From: Enoplolaimus lenunculus
Taxonomy: Eukaryota
NCBI GenBank assembly: GCA_030248215.1
Contig: JASANG010000753.1
Location: forward strand, 620,001-684,000
Direction of reading: 5' to 3'
Length of the DNA: 64,000 nucleotides
Under the pieces are notes generated by a model, which was not told the DNA's origin, did not search any database, and saw only the letters and a program-made list of their open reading frames with translations. This document shows, in pieces, positions 22,901 through 35,937 of the stretch. Positions within the stretch are counted from its first letter, which is position 1. Every line of letters begins with the position of its first letter. The position numbers were made by a program, and so were the translations under genes.

Positions 22901-25900
22901 ATTCGGATTCGGCAAATTAGCAAGCTATATCTGTCGTTTCGAACAACGCCACCAAGAAATGTTATAATTTTGGTCATAATAGTTCAAAGTTATGTTATAC
23001 GTACCTACTTTTAATAAATTAATAATAAATATGCGTCAATGTCGAACACTGGATCTACATCAGGGATGGGAGTCTTGGTCTCGGTATTTGGCTTTGAATC
23101 TTGGTGGCTTGGAATCAAGACAAGAAGTCAAGATTTCAGCAAACGTATGGTTCTTCTGTGAGACTATGAATTTTCATAATTACACAATAATTATGAGCAG
23201 ATATTCTATAACACCAAAAAACATAAAAAACACAAAAAACCTGCGCAAAACGCATGCAAACAAGCACGTGTATTGTATTTACTTGGAGTCTTTTTCTCGT
23301 CTCTGTCAGCCTTATCAGCTGCCACACTGGTCTCTGCCTCGCCATCATCAGCTTTATCGTCTGTTGTCGACCCAGATGGCTGATCTGCCCCTAATTTCGC
23401 GTCACTCTCAACTTCAGCTTCTACTGCGACTGCCGTTTGCTTACTGCTGTTCGAGGGGATTGTCTCCAACGGCTTAGTTTGCTTTGTTGCATCGTTGTCC
23501 TTCAACACTTTATCAGTGGCTTTTGGTTCGCTAACCGTCTGACCAGAGTTCGGTTTAGGCTTGGAATTATCAGGCTCTACAGAAGCTGTTGTTTCAGAGC
23601 TGGATGATGGCGCCGGCACGTTGTTGTCTATTACCTTATGAGAATCGTTTGACTGGGTCTTATTGCTGGTGGTGCAATTCGATAATCCGGTTACATCTCC
23701 ATCAGATAGATCTCCATTTGTTGTTGCTTCTAAAATAGACAACAGATTTGATTTGATATCGCACATACCGGAACCGAAGCGTTTACGAAAACGTGCTTAA
23801 CGCATCCGTTACTGTGGGAAGCCTTTTTTATGAGACAAAAAAGGCTGTCATCCAGAAATCGACCGGATATAATCTAGATTTGTGCAGTTTCGTACGTATT
23901 TGAGTCGTGCAAAAATATACGTATGGCTTGGTTACACATTTCAAATTAATTGTTGGTTTGGACTAGGGATGTGCCGAACCAAAATTTTTGCTGATGCCGA
24001 TTCTTATTAAGAAATTTGGTCGATGGCGATTTCAACTTTAGTACACCATGCTTAATAAACAGATAGGATACTACCAAAAAGTACCGGCAATTTTTTGCAG
24101 TGCCGATACCGATTAATCGACACATCCCTAGTCTGAACGTAAGACTTCGTGTCAGTGTCACTTCGTGACTTGCCCAGAAATTTCGCAGCAAAATATCTAG
24201 TATTTTCTGATGGAAAAAGCAATTTTCGGCGGATATATACAACTCTATGAGTATGATATAAATTAAAGTACGTATAATCAATACTTTTTTACCAGAAGGA
24301 ATCTCTGGAACAAATTGACCGACTTGTTTTTTATCTGTCACAAACTTGCTCGTATCTTTTCCGTCAACAAGACCATCAGAAGAGGATTCCTATAATAACA
24401 AACAACTGACGTATATATACAAGGTCTCCGCGCAAAACGCTAACATTTTCATGACTAGGGATGTGCGGTCTCGGTCTCGGTGACGATGGAAAAAAGCTGA
24501 AAGCGTAGTTTTGACACTGAAAACGTTCTATATTTTACCGGAGTCTTTGGCGTGGGGTCGTGTTATATTCCTGTATCTGTGTTTGTCAGTGTGTCTTTGC
24601 TAAAAATAAAATTTTGCGGAAATTTTTGAGTTTAATATTATAAATTTTAAGCAGGTGCAGCATTATATTATGGTAGGATGACACTGAAAGTACAAAAAAC
24701 ATTCAAAACTTTTGATAGAAAAAATTTGATTTTTATGCTCGGTAACGGTCAAAAATTGAATCAGCCGAGACCAAACAGTCACGGCCCGGTTTTTGACCGA
24801 GACCGCACATCCCTGTTCATTCAAGCAAATAATACTTTGTAGAAAAAAGTGTCCGGTTTCAGAATCCAGCAATTAACTATTTTTACATTTTCTAAAAATT
24901 ATATATACAGATACGTTCATTACAACGAAGTACGTCCATGCTAAATTTTACATAATATTTACCGTGACAGTTGACATTGATCAGTAATCTAAAATCCGGT
25001 AATCCGGTTGTTCATATAGGTGCTACGAAAAAAGATATATACACTAGAATCAGCGGAATATACGTATGCATACGACCAGCACACCAGCTCAGTAGTTGAA
25101 GAGGAGAGGAATAGAATTCCACTTAACCTAACAACGTTTTTACGTAAAGTATTGGTGGAAGGTGAAAAGATGCTTTCTAATTTCATATCCAATTCTAAGC
25201 AGGGTTTTTCTGCTTAAATAAAACGCTATACGTAAATTAACGTTTTAAAGTTATGTGGCTGGAATTGCGTTGATATTCTGAAACCAATTATAGATTATAT
25301 CTGAAATCTGCAACATTCAAGGTTCGCATTGGATAAATTAGCAATGGATTCGGATTCGGTCAAATCGTGGATTCAGATTCGGTCAAATCGTGGATTCGGT
25401 GCCACCCAAGTGCATACCAGGGATGGGCGGTCTCAGTCAAAAAACGATACTGAAACCAAGAGCCAACCAACCGAGACGGCGACTTTCAATCTCGGTCTCG
25501 GTCGATTTTTAACCGTTACCGAAAATAAAAATAAGATTTTTTACCAGAAGTTTTGAATACTTTTATCTGCTGTGAATTGCCGTTCCATACAATTAAACTA
25601 ATAAATCGCCGCCAAACTTTATTTTTACTTTATTTTTCAACTGGCTACTGTTCCCATACCCTTCGAAAAGGCTCGGGATAAATCCCACTGTCTCCAAACA
25701 CCCTCAGTACAACCCTAACTCAAAACTATAGTGTTGTTTTTGATCTCAGGTTTTTTAACATAGCGTAGCAGTTATATGCGGACGACCCATATTTTTTACA
25801 TCATGCCAAAAATGTTTTAAACGCGAAAATGCAACTATTCGTAATTTGTCACAATAATAATAATAAAGTGTTTTGTGTTTCCTTTCATAATTAGAATTTT

Positions 25901-27236
25901 GGGTAACCGCCGGGGTCAGTCTGTTTCCCAAATCGCTGTATAACCAGGTAGCGGTGCTCCACGATCGGTCGCTGTTTGTGTTGGTAAGCGAAATGCGCAA
26001 GTACTTCCAGGCCAAAGCTGCGATCCAAGGAAAATTTTTGTGACTGCTTTCTCTTTTTCACCACTTTAGTCGCGGCTTGCAAACCACCGAGACTGAGAAA
26101 AAGCGAGACCGAGACTTGCCAAATCCAGAGCTTACCGAGACCGAAACCGCCCATCCCTGATGGATACGTATGATACCCCTGGCAATATTTTAGACCTGGA
26201 TCGCCCCGGAAATTTGATGTGTTGTTTCTGCTGCTTGTTGCAACGAGCAATATTTGTTTAAAAAATTGTGAATTTCCGTCAGGGTAGCAACTAAGGTTCT
26301 GACTTGTATTCGGGAAAAATTTGCGGTTCGGATTCAGATTCGATTGTGAAAAAACCGAATCCAACATTGTTCGGCAATGTTTTTTCATTTTTAAGTAATA
26401 AAAAATTTTATATAACTTGTTGCATAAAATATTTTTTGTTTCAGGTCATAAATCTCAGAATTGAGGTGGGGCACGTATGCGGCTGGTATTGCGATGATGT
26501 TCTGAAACCAATTAGATATATTTAAAATTTACAACATGCAGGATTCGGATTCGGCAAATTAGCAATCGATTCGGTCAAATCGTGGATTCGGTCCACCCCT
26601 GGGTTACCTACAGGGATGGGCGGTCTCGGTAAAAAACCGAGACCGACACCCAAGACCGGTCAAGAAAAGTCTCGGTCTCGGTCAATTTTTGATCATTACC
26701 GAAAAAAATTTGAATTTTTAAAGTAAATTAGTTTCTTTTTTGAAGGTTTTTTGCGATTTTCAAAGTTTTTTTGTGATTTTCTTAATATCCACAGATTCAC
26801 AGCGAAATTTTATTCAGCAGATATCACTTATTCATCAATACAGCTATACTAAAATTCAAGTATGCACCAGGGTTCCACTAGAAATCGTTTGTGGCTGTAT
26901 AGGTTCATCGGCATTTGCTGATTCTCGCTTCCGGTCTCGGTTCCAAACCATCGATGGTTACCTACCAGTGATGTGCGGTCTCAATCAAAAGCCGAGACCC
27001 GACAACCGAGACTGAGACTGTTTGGTCTCGGTCTCGATCAATTTTTGACCGTTCTTTTGAATGTTTTTTCGTATTTATATGTGTTATTCAGCATAATAAA
27101 ATGTTTAACAGCAAAAAATTTACAGTCAAAAATCATCAAACACAACTGACGTCCGACCGAGATCGAGACAAGCCAAATCCAGAGATTACCGAGACCGAGA
27201 CCGCGCATCCCTGCTACCTACACCTGTCTCTGACAT
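13972..27236 (-). CDS. DEK: DEK chromatin protein (SAP and DEK-C domains). Exons: 27236-27222 (tentative), 24389-24293, 23729-23283, 21496-21428, 20533-20432, 19818-19491, 17915-17767, 17063-16971, 16013-15913, 15384-15343, 14925-14842, 14506-14438, 13995-13972
   Basis: Phase-compatible GT-AG exons give GKRQRRQVDRL...GRGERLGDIEYI...LLHRACFGREG...IRRNLKQFCGFAFE, a SAP-like LKTMLALLGLERSGIRDDLADRLLEYL, and DEK-C PTDTELKKKIQKIIRNSDLQEATMKSVIAQVIGAYPNFDLSKRKDYIKATINEII. The 5'-most exons are less certain. Confidence 0.88.
20582..21138 (+). mobile_element. Possible non-autonomous Helitron/Helentron-like element in a DEK intron
   Basis: Contains ATCTCAGAAACCACTGAACCGATTTTGAT, a motif typical of non-autonomous rolling-circle elements, and a 3' hairpin GAGC-TTC-GCTC shortly before ...TGTAG. 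No TSD seen; boundaries approximate. Confidence 0.45.
23964..24130. mobile_element. hAT-like MITE
   Basis: TIRs TAGGGATGTG / CACATCCCTA; imperfect 8-bp TSD GTTTGGAC / GTCTGAAC. Confidence 0.75.
24456..24815. mobile_element. hAT-like MITE with GGTCTC/GAGACC subterminal repeats
   Basis: TIRs TAGGGATGTGCGGTCTCGG / CCGAGACCGCACATCCCTG; flanks TTCATGAC / TTCATTCA. Confidence 0.75.
25418..26159. mobile_element. hAT-like MITE (GAGACC family)
   Basis: TIRs CAGGGATGGGCGGT / ACCGCCCATCCCTG; imperfect TSD GTGCATAC / ATGGATAC. Confidence 0.75.
26611..27213. mobile_element. Two adjacent hAT-like MITEs (26611-26956 and 26966-27213)
   Basis: First: CAGGGATGGGCGG start, TSD GTTACCTA at 26603-26610 and 26957-26964. 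Second: CAGTGATGTGCGG...GCGCATCCCTG, TSD TTACCTAC / CTACCTAC. Confidence 0.75.
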
Positions 27237-27595
27237 AATTTAACCCTTGCCATCAAAAACTCAACACACTACATCCGGTTAAGAGCCTAAAGAACGATGC
27301 ACTAGTGCTCATTGCGGTTGGGATTATAACTAAATTGGGGAGCGCACGAAGTGAATCCTGTTGAATCAGAAAACGCGCGCCTCAGCAACCGCTACTTTAG
27401 CGTAGCTAGGCACCCACATAGCTAAGTAAAATCCGCGTTCCCGAAACAAACAATATTTAGCAGTATCATATTGATACATCAAACAAACATTAACAGATAG
27501 AAGGTACAAGGACTAAGAATTGCTGAGGCACAGCATATTCAGCGTAGAGTGTTGTTTCATAGTTTAATTGGTTTGCGTCGTTTTTTGCGTAAAAC

Positions 27596-30500
27596 ATGGT
27601 GTGCTGAATAAATTAATTAGCTAATATTTGAAATTTACTTTAATATTCTACGTGTCATTTGTCCACTGTAAACCAACAGATGTTCAGGAGCTAAAATTAA
27701 ATACAATATAAACTAAGCAATAGAGTGTAGCTATTTTGCAGCATGATAGGGAATATATAGGTGTATGCCTTTCACCGAAGAGACATAGCTAGGGATGTGA
27801 TTGTATTGTGAAGAAATTACACTGTGATAACGAAACGCTAGATTCATTTTCTTCACTAACTATTGCACATGTCGCCAGTTAACAAAAATTTTTGCACATT
27901 GCTGTGCAAGTACGTTTTTCAGGATGTTACATCAACAATAATACCTAAATAATTACAACGATTGAAAACATATGTACATTCGTTCAAGTGAATAGAAGCA
28001 ATGACTAGCACAGGTCGGTGTTATAACGTTTCATATTCAATTTTCTAATGTGCCAAGAGTAAGAAACGAAACCGGAAGCTGACGCGTGTAACAATGTATT
28101 GTTTGACTTAACCTAATAAATCGCCATTATGCACACTATTTCTTAATTTGAACGTAAAAGGATGCCCTGTGAGTCGATTATATATTCCTGATAGTCCGAA
28201 GACAAAAATATCCGATTTGCTTGTAATGTCTTGCCTTAGTACTTGAGGTTGATATGCAGAAATTCATACTATAGATAGACACACACCGATTTTTATTTTC
28301 AGATTTTAATAGACTTCTGCATCTGATAAGCTCGAACATCCAGAAAATATCACACAATGGTAAGATGAAATAGGTTGGTGGTTGATTTTATGAACATTGT
28401 AAATTTGTTAATTTGTTGGTAATCAAGGCATAGATTGGCTAAACACCAAGTGTTTTGAGACGTTTCATGTCAGAACGGCATAGTCGGGACGAGTCATTTC
28501 TCTGATGTACTGCGATGGCCACGCCGGGACTCGACCACGCGGCCCATATCATAATTCCCCCTGTTGCTATATGTGCACGAGTATGTATGTGTCTTATCAT
28601 TACACACTCTGCATATACACAAGCTACACCGCGTATACTCACAACGTAATTACCTAAATATTTCAGAGCTACTTGCCTAATTATTATTTATTTTAGAACG
28701 ACTTACGTCAGTCGACGGCATAACAATTTTTAAGAAGCTGAGATATTCAAGCTTTTGGCAGACACCTAATTAAGAGAACAAATAATTCATTTGCTATATA
28801 GTTTAATTTCTTATAATTATATTTGTGCGTCCGTGTCATTTGATGTTGTTCGACGTGATGTAGCAAAATTAGTTGTATAATGTTAACGTTTACGTACTTG
28901 CTTGTGATTTTAATATAATTTAAGTTACTTCCTTGTCACGCATTGTTGACCAAGTTGGAACTGCGAGCGATTCTGATTCAATTCGCAAGAAATTGCACGA
29001 AACACAACATTCAACAAACTCACTTGCCAAGGATACCGGTCAACTATTACGCCAGTTGAATGACATCGTTCAGCAATCAGATCCTGACCTGGTAATTAGA
29101 TTTGAATCATTCAGGGGCTTGGGAAGGGGAACTAGGGCATGTCCTCCGAAAACTTTCTGAAATTTTAAAAATGTAAGGTGGCTTGGCACTCCAGATAGGA
29201 GTTTGTCCCATACCCATGCTATTTGCAGGTCTTGTTGTGTCGGGCCATATAATGTTGTTTTCCGGTATTCGGTAAAATTAATATCCGGTCGATCCCTGGT
29301 GTGAAGATATGGCAACGATATTTATTACGTACGTACGTAGTCACTTTGTTCGTATACTCGAAATGAAAGCGCGGCGATGGAGTGCTTTTAAATAAATCAT
29401 TCTGATTTTTATACATCCATATTTTTGTCCCTTTAGCTTTGTTTTCTATTAGTTTCAAGCTTGTTTTTACAGATTTCACAACGAAAAACGCTTTCACGAA
29501 AGCTCACAGAAGAATTGACGAGTACCTTGAACACATTTCAAAAAGTTCAACGCCAAGCTGCACAGCGTGAGAAAGCAAGCGTTCTTCGTGCACGTGCCAA
29601 TTCTGGGATCCCTGGGGTACAGAAAGATTAACATTAAAGAACCTATATTTGTGATTTAATATGGTTTTTTGTCGTTGGTTTTTCAGTTGTTATGCACATC
29701 GCATCACCTCCACACGTTTAAATTAATGATTTTGTTATTTTTGCACTAGCTTTCGAAACAAAAAAGTAAGATGACGCTTAAAGAACCATTACAATTACTA
29801 TATACACCGTGAAAATCGTTTATTTTAATCCTGTTTTTAAATATAAACTGGAGGAAAATAAATGTTTGATGATTTGGCGCACTTCTATATGCCAGCAAAT
29901 CAAATTGAAATTGTTCTAACTTGCTGCTTAATGGCTTTAGTGAATAAGTACCGGCAAAGAATCGACAATTATTTCGCAACGCCGATACTTACTAACAGTG
30001 CCAATTGCTTCCGATGCCGATTAATCGGTATACCCGTACAAACAGATTGGTAATTAATTTATACACGAGATTTCTGACATCGCAGAACGCACGTTACGGA
30101 GCTAACATTCAGCGTATTGTTTATTTTCAGAATCCTTTTGTTGATGATGATGATGATGTTAAAAATGTTGCCAACCAGTCTAATAGAGGGTAAGTGATAA
30201 TAAGAATTTGACCGGTGGGGGGCATCTGGCATTTCGCAAACCCAATCTGGAGGGGAGAGCTGAACCCGACGAGATTTGATAAGCAAAGGGGCTTTATAGA
30301 AAGCGCCCGCGATAAAGATCAGGGGCTAAAAACTTGCATTATTTCACAATTTTTTTATTTTCGGCTAATAGTTTGCTAAAATTTGCAACTTTGTATCCTT
30401 GACGTGGCGATAACTCATGTTTTCCATCGTTCCAGTTTAGTATAATTTCTCGCCAGTTTAATTTTTCTGGTGGGTGATGAACATGTGGTGTTTGGGCGAG

Positions 30501-33409
30501 TGGGAGGAGGCCTTCCGCCCTCTACTAGCGAAATGTCAAGGTGTTTTTCAACGATGAATTAGAAGTGAACTTGCTTCACTGAGTTATATTTCATAATATG
30601 ATACTTTTTAGTTTATGATGGATGCAAATTGTTTTTCGTTTAGCAGTATTTACGTTGTCTGAAAATGTGGATCTTTCAAATTTTTGATGCAATATTTTTT
30701 AGCTTTCAATACGAAGGAACAATGTAACTTTTCAAATCAGATGTGCTTTGTATTACGTACGTAACTTGACTATAGAGCAGGATGACAGCAAAGGTTTGGA
30801 TTCGGATTCGGCAAAAATTTGTGGTTCGGGCTCGGTTGTGAAAAAGCCGAGTCCAACAATGTTCAGCTGTATGTTTTTTAATTTTTGAGCATTGAAAATT
30901 TTAAATAACTTGTTATACGTATATATCAATATATATGTATATATATATTGTTTCAAATCACAAATCTCAGAATTGAGGTCGGGCACGAAATGTATTAATG
31001 TTTAAAAAGTTATGCGGTTGCCATTGCGTAAACAAATTATACATATATCTGAAATTTGCAACATAGAAGTTTCGGATTCTGTTAAATCGTAAAATTCGGT
31101 GCCACCCTGCTGGAGAAATATGCTTGCATGTATTACGTAACAGCTATCCTATTACATCGTGAATACATTATAGTTTTAATACAAAGACTGTTCATGCGGT
31201 TGTAAACATAGTATCTTGCGCGTTTTGTTTCAGGGAGATTTCAAATCAGTCATCCACAGCGCTTCAGTTGGAACAAGACATGGATATAAAAGCGATTCAA
31301 GAGCGCGAAGTCGCAATTAAGGAACTCGAAGTAAGTGTCGTTTAATTTGTTGATCATCAATCGATATCGTTTCAAGTCGAACTCAATTATGCTGTTTTGG
31401 GTAGACCTTCATTGAAGTGTAGCAATTAGCCAGGTTGCAATCGGAATTCCTGTTGGAGATTTTTATTTTTTTGTAAATTATTTTGTTTTGTTCAGGAAAA
31501 AACTGGCGTGGTTGGTTTATTCCTAAACCTTTTAATATTTTTTTCATAGTAAGCCTTGTCTGTCATGTTCTGCGCACACGTGTCGTGTTTTTAACTTACT
31601 TTAGAGTTACTATTGTTTTCTCATAAGATTTTTGGCTTGTTTTGAACTTTTCCAATAATGCCGCTGATTCACCGCATTTTTGACTGCGCTTGGTTGATGA
31701 TATAGGTTGGATACCGCTTTTAACGCGTGCAAATTGTGTTGGCGCTATACTTCTTGACTATATCGATGCCGTCCTACGCAGTAAGGAACATTTCATAAAC
31801 AAAAGTGTTTGACTGTTGGTGCTTTCCGGTTCCGAATACCGCAGCTCGACAAGTATAGCGCCGCACTTATTGTTTATAGTAATTAAATTACAGAGAGACA
31901 TTTTGGAAGTGAATCAGATATTTAAAGATCTAGCAGTCATGGTTCATGATCAAGGCGATGTAGTTGGTAAACGTTTTGCTACGTATCTCGTTTGATATTA
32001 CGTTTAACTGTTAAATTTCTTTAAGCTTCATTCACGCGAGCATGTCTTTGTAGCCGTAAGTGAAAAACGACATAATTTCAGGTTGAAACGTGACATTGAC
32101 CTATTTATTAGGGATGTGCCAATTAATCGGAATCGGTAATATTCGGCACTTGTTGTGAGTATCGGCACTGGAAAATAGTTGCCGATTCTTTGAGTATACT
32201 TTTCGCACATTATATTGAGTTGGAATGCTGCATTCTATTTGACTTGTTGGCGTATATCAGCGCGTCTAATCAAGGAGACTGTTATCTCGCGTTTTTGTTC
32301 GAAAAAATTAATTGAAACGAACCGTTCTGTTGAAATTATTGTTTTATGGTTGTTACGGTTTTGGTCTTCGCGTTTACGTATAATGTATTCTATTTGTTCT
32401 TTAAACGTTGTGTATTAAAATTGGCATCGGAATATTTTAAAAATAAAAGCTGGCATCGACAAAAATTTTGGTATCAACACATCCATACTCTCGAGACCAT
32501 ACGGTAGCTGAACAGTCTCGTACATATAAACATTGGGATTTTGCGTAAGTTTTTGTGTTAATATCGGCGAAATTAGTGATGACCTCTCCTGAACACGTGT
32601 AAATGAGGTCGGTGCCAAGATTTAACATTCGGTTATGTTTATTTCAGCGAAATCTCTTAACATATTGTAAAAGCGTGTTACTGATCATACGTGTAGCAAG
32701 GATTTAGGAAATTGGTGGTTGCGTTCTATAAAAATTTCAAATGGAATGTTCTTGCATTACAAACTGAAAAGGTATCTAAATAACCACTGTACAAAAATCC
32801 CAAAGGGTATTGGCTCTGAAATCTCCCTGACTACGCCCTTCATTCGAAACCGATGTATTGTTTTAGAATAAATAATTTTGCTGAACGTTTAATAAAAAAT
32901 TGATTTTAGACAGTATTGAAGCAAACGTCGAATCGGCGGCAATTGACGTAGACACAGCTCAAACTGAATTGCAAAAAGCTAGAGACTATAAGGTACGTGT
33001 TTTCTATAAATTCTGTTTGACTGTCTGAAGTAAAATATTTACAAAAATATTGAATTTTCTAATGGTGGGTGTTAGCGGTAGATTTTGCCGAAATGAGAAT
33101 TCGAATCCAGATTATGCCGCAGTTTTTGTGATTACTAAACAAAGGAGGTACTATTTTCTCGAATTGAACATTTTTGGCGGTCTAAATTGTGCCAGTGATA
33201 TTTTGCATGTTCAGTTTGTTTCAATAATTGATTCATATGAGTTGTTCTAAGTCTATGAGCCTGTTAGCTATGGTATGCTTTGTGCGTAATTTTGTTTTGT
33301 TTTGTTTTAGAAAAGTGTTCGGAAGAAACGTGTCTTCTGTGCGTTGCTCTTGATCATTGCTGTAATTATTTTAATAGTAATCATTGTTGTGTCGGTGCAA
33401 AACAAGTAA
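27596..33409 (+). CDS. STX7/STX12: Syntaxin-7/12 family Qa-SNARE. Exons: 27596-27598 and 27742-27760 (tentative), 28303-28359, 28925-29091, 29473-29616, 30131-30189, 31234-31330, 31894-31966, 32910-32992, 33311-33409
   Basis: Spliced translation gives ISSNIQKISHN, DQVGTASDSDSIRKKLHETQH, LNTFQKVQRQAAQREK, SNARE motif [44 protein letters not shown], and a C-terminal TM segment RKKRVFCALLLIIAVIILIVIIVVSV. Splice phases are consistent. Confidence 0.92.
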
Positions 33410-34337
33410 ACACTTGCGTTTTAATATTATACTTATGTATGTGAAACATCTGTGTTTCTGTTGAAGAGGGGACCCTCATATGTGAATTTTTCATTCTCGC
33501 AGAAAAAGGATACGAGTGAAACTGTTAATCGTCGTCAGAAAATGAATGTAACCAACGGAATGGGCTTCAGTGGTAAAACTCCTCCTGGAATTTTTCGTGA
33601 ACGAGTTTTAGATGCTTTTTAGCTTGTAACACGAAATTTTAGTTATGCTGAATTTGTTAGATTGTCATGGGTAACTTTTGATACTGAGTTTGACGCGTTT
33701 TTTGGATTTTGCGGTTAGATTTAAAAATAACCTTTCAGTAAGTCTTTGTTCAATGAGTTTTGTATTCATTGATTATTTGTCATTAACTAATGGACCCTTT
33801 TGGCCCGTGTTGCTTTGAGGAGTATGCCGTTTTCCGCGTGACTCCGATAGAACAATCTTAAGCTTTATTTTTTGCATCCTTACGCTGAGACTTAAGCATT
33901 GTATTACTGTTATGCCGCTAAAAGTAACACTAGCGCGTCATTTTATTGTGATAATTTGACTTTTTGTCGAACATTTTAATGTCGTTTCTTTCAGTTGTTG
34001 TTTGTGTTCGGCGCCATGTGGCCTAATATATTTTCCATTATCGATAATGTTGTGTATTGTTTCTGGTACTAAAGTTTAAATTATGTTGCGGTATTCGCCA
34101 GTTGGTGAATGGTCTCGTTATATTATACGATGGCGGTGTGAAGTCTCAAGTTTCGAATGCATTTTGCAAGTAGGTTTTAATTACTGCAAATTAGCATTTT
34201 TTTATGTTGGTATTTCGCAGCGGTCGTAGTTTGCATGACTGGTTATCTACCGCTAACTGGTGATATGTGATGCTGCAAACATAGTTGAAAATAAAACTTC
34301 CTTTATTAAGAAGTTAAGGATAGTTTTATCAAAAAAG

Positions 34338-34339
<2 letters not shown>

Positions 34340-34404
<65 letters not shown>
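34340..34404. repeat. (TA)n microsatellite
   Basis: About 32 consecutive TA units; a second tract lies at ~39639-39688. Confidence 0.98.
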
Positions 34405-34405
<1 letters not shown>

Positions 34406-35581
34406 TACAGCTGCAAAAGTAAATTTAACATTTATTAGACGCAGTATGAGTATGAGTACTTTTTTAACTGGATTTACAATTAGTCCAAGTATTACTCTTT
34501 GACCGTCGTGTTTATTTAATGACTGATGTCTGGAAAAATGAAATATTGCTAAAAATCTTGTATTTGATCCATTTGTTATATTCAGTTGTCAAAAATACTG
34601 AGATGAATACTAACTTAATAACGCGTAGCTAAGCATACTAAGTTAATAACGTAGCTAAGCACTCATAAGTTAACATTTTTAATAAAAGCTTTCAAAATGC
34701 AATATTCATTTTGTATTTTTGAGTCGATTCCAAACTATTGCATTCAATCGCCTTTCTTGATGGGTAAGTCGTTATAGCTTCCCCGTTCCATTCAGTTCCG
34801 TTTTATCGCAGTTTGTGTACGTTGCATTTTGCAATTTGGTCCTATATTCTCAGTTTAATATCGCTTCCGTATCACAAGCTAAGCAAAATAACTTATTTTG
34901 CCAAGAAGATTCAGGTTCCCGCAAAAAATGTGCTAATACGTGCAACCGTGATCATAAGCGTAACAGATACGTGTTATATATTTTTGCAAAAGAGTAGGCT
35001 TACATTCTAGACTACATTTTTTGCTTAGGCTTAGGGTTAGGAATACGCTTTTGCAACGCTTAGGTTTAGGAATACGCTTAATCTACTGTTACGGCTCTAA
35101 AAGTAACATTGGCCCTGATTTTTATACATATCTACTTCTCGCTGTGATATGCTTAAATATTTTATTTCATTATGTGTACTATTTTATACCTATAAATTAA
35201 TGCATTGCGTCCGAACCTTATGAGTTGATCGGTCCGGGGACAGTTAGAGTTACGAGTTGCGCCATGCGAGTCGCTGGACGCCGGTGGGCGGCACGGTGAA
35301 AATTTTTTATTGGAAAGTTAGCGTCTCCGCGAACCACCAGATAGATTTTGCCTATATTTTTGTTGACGCGCAGCGGCGTCCGGCAGAGATTTTGCCTATT
35401 TTTGTGTTGAAGGGCGTCCAGATTTCTGGTGGGTCTGTAAAAGAGTATGTTTATATATTCTAGATTACATTTTTTGCGTACGCCTTGGCTTAGGAACACA
35501 TTCTTGCAACGCTTAGGCTTAAGAATACGCTTAATCTACTGTTACTCCCCTTAAAGTATTAACATTGGCCATAGTTGTTAT

Positions 35582-35937
35582 GGTCGATGTAAAGAACAGG
35601 GGAGGAACAGTAGGTATTATAAGCACATTCCTAAGCGTAAGAATGAGAATATGCCTAAGCCAAGCAAAAAAAAGACAGTCTAAAGGTTAAGCTTACTCTT
35701 TTCAAGTCGCACAAAAAACGTTCCGTCCCCGATCTTTACATGCACTGCAAAAAATGGTGAGTCAAATTGATTCTCCGAAATAGGCTCTACGAGGCTACAC
35801 AAACTGAGTCAAATTCGACTCACTGAATCGCATGTTTGACTCTTCTAGCGGAGTCGAATTTGACTCGGTTTGTGTAGTCCCGTAGAGCCTGTTTCGGAGA
35901 GAGTCAATTTGACTCGCCATTTTTCGCAGTGTGGGCC
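35582..35937. mobile_element. Telomeric-repeat MITE (family B) with a CACTG MITE (35743-35931) nested in its right TIR
   Basis: GGTCGATGTAAAGAACAGGGG...CCCCGATCTTTACATG[insert]TGGGCCC. The insert has CACTG..CAGTG ends and a duplicated TG. Confidence 0.8.

Noticed and set aside
25070..25196. Possible additional DEK exon (LDMKLESIFSPST...)
   Set aside because: Weak splice sites and no homology support; the model is in phase without it. Cannot be excluded without RNA data.
34260..34502. ORF with a YI repeat
   Set aside because: Translation of the (TA)n microsatellite.
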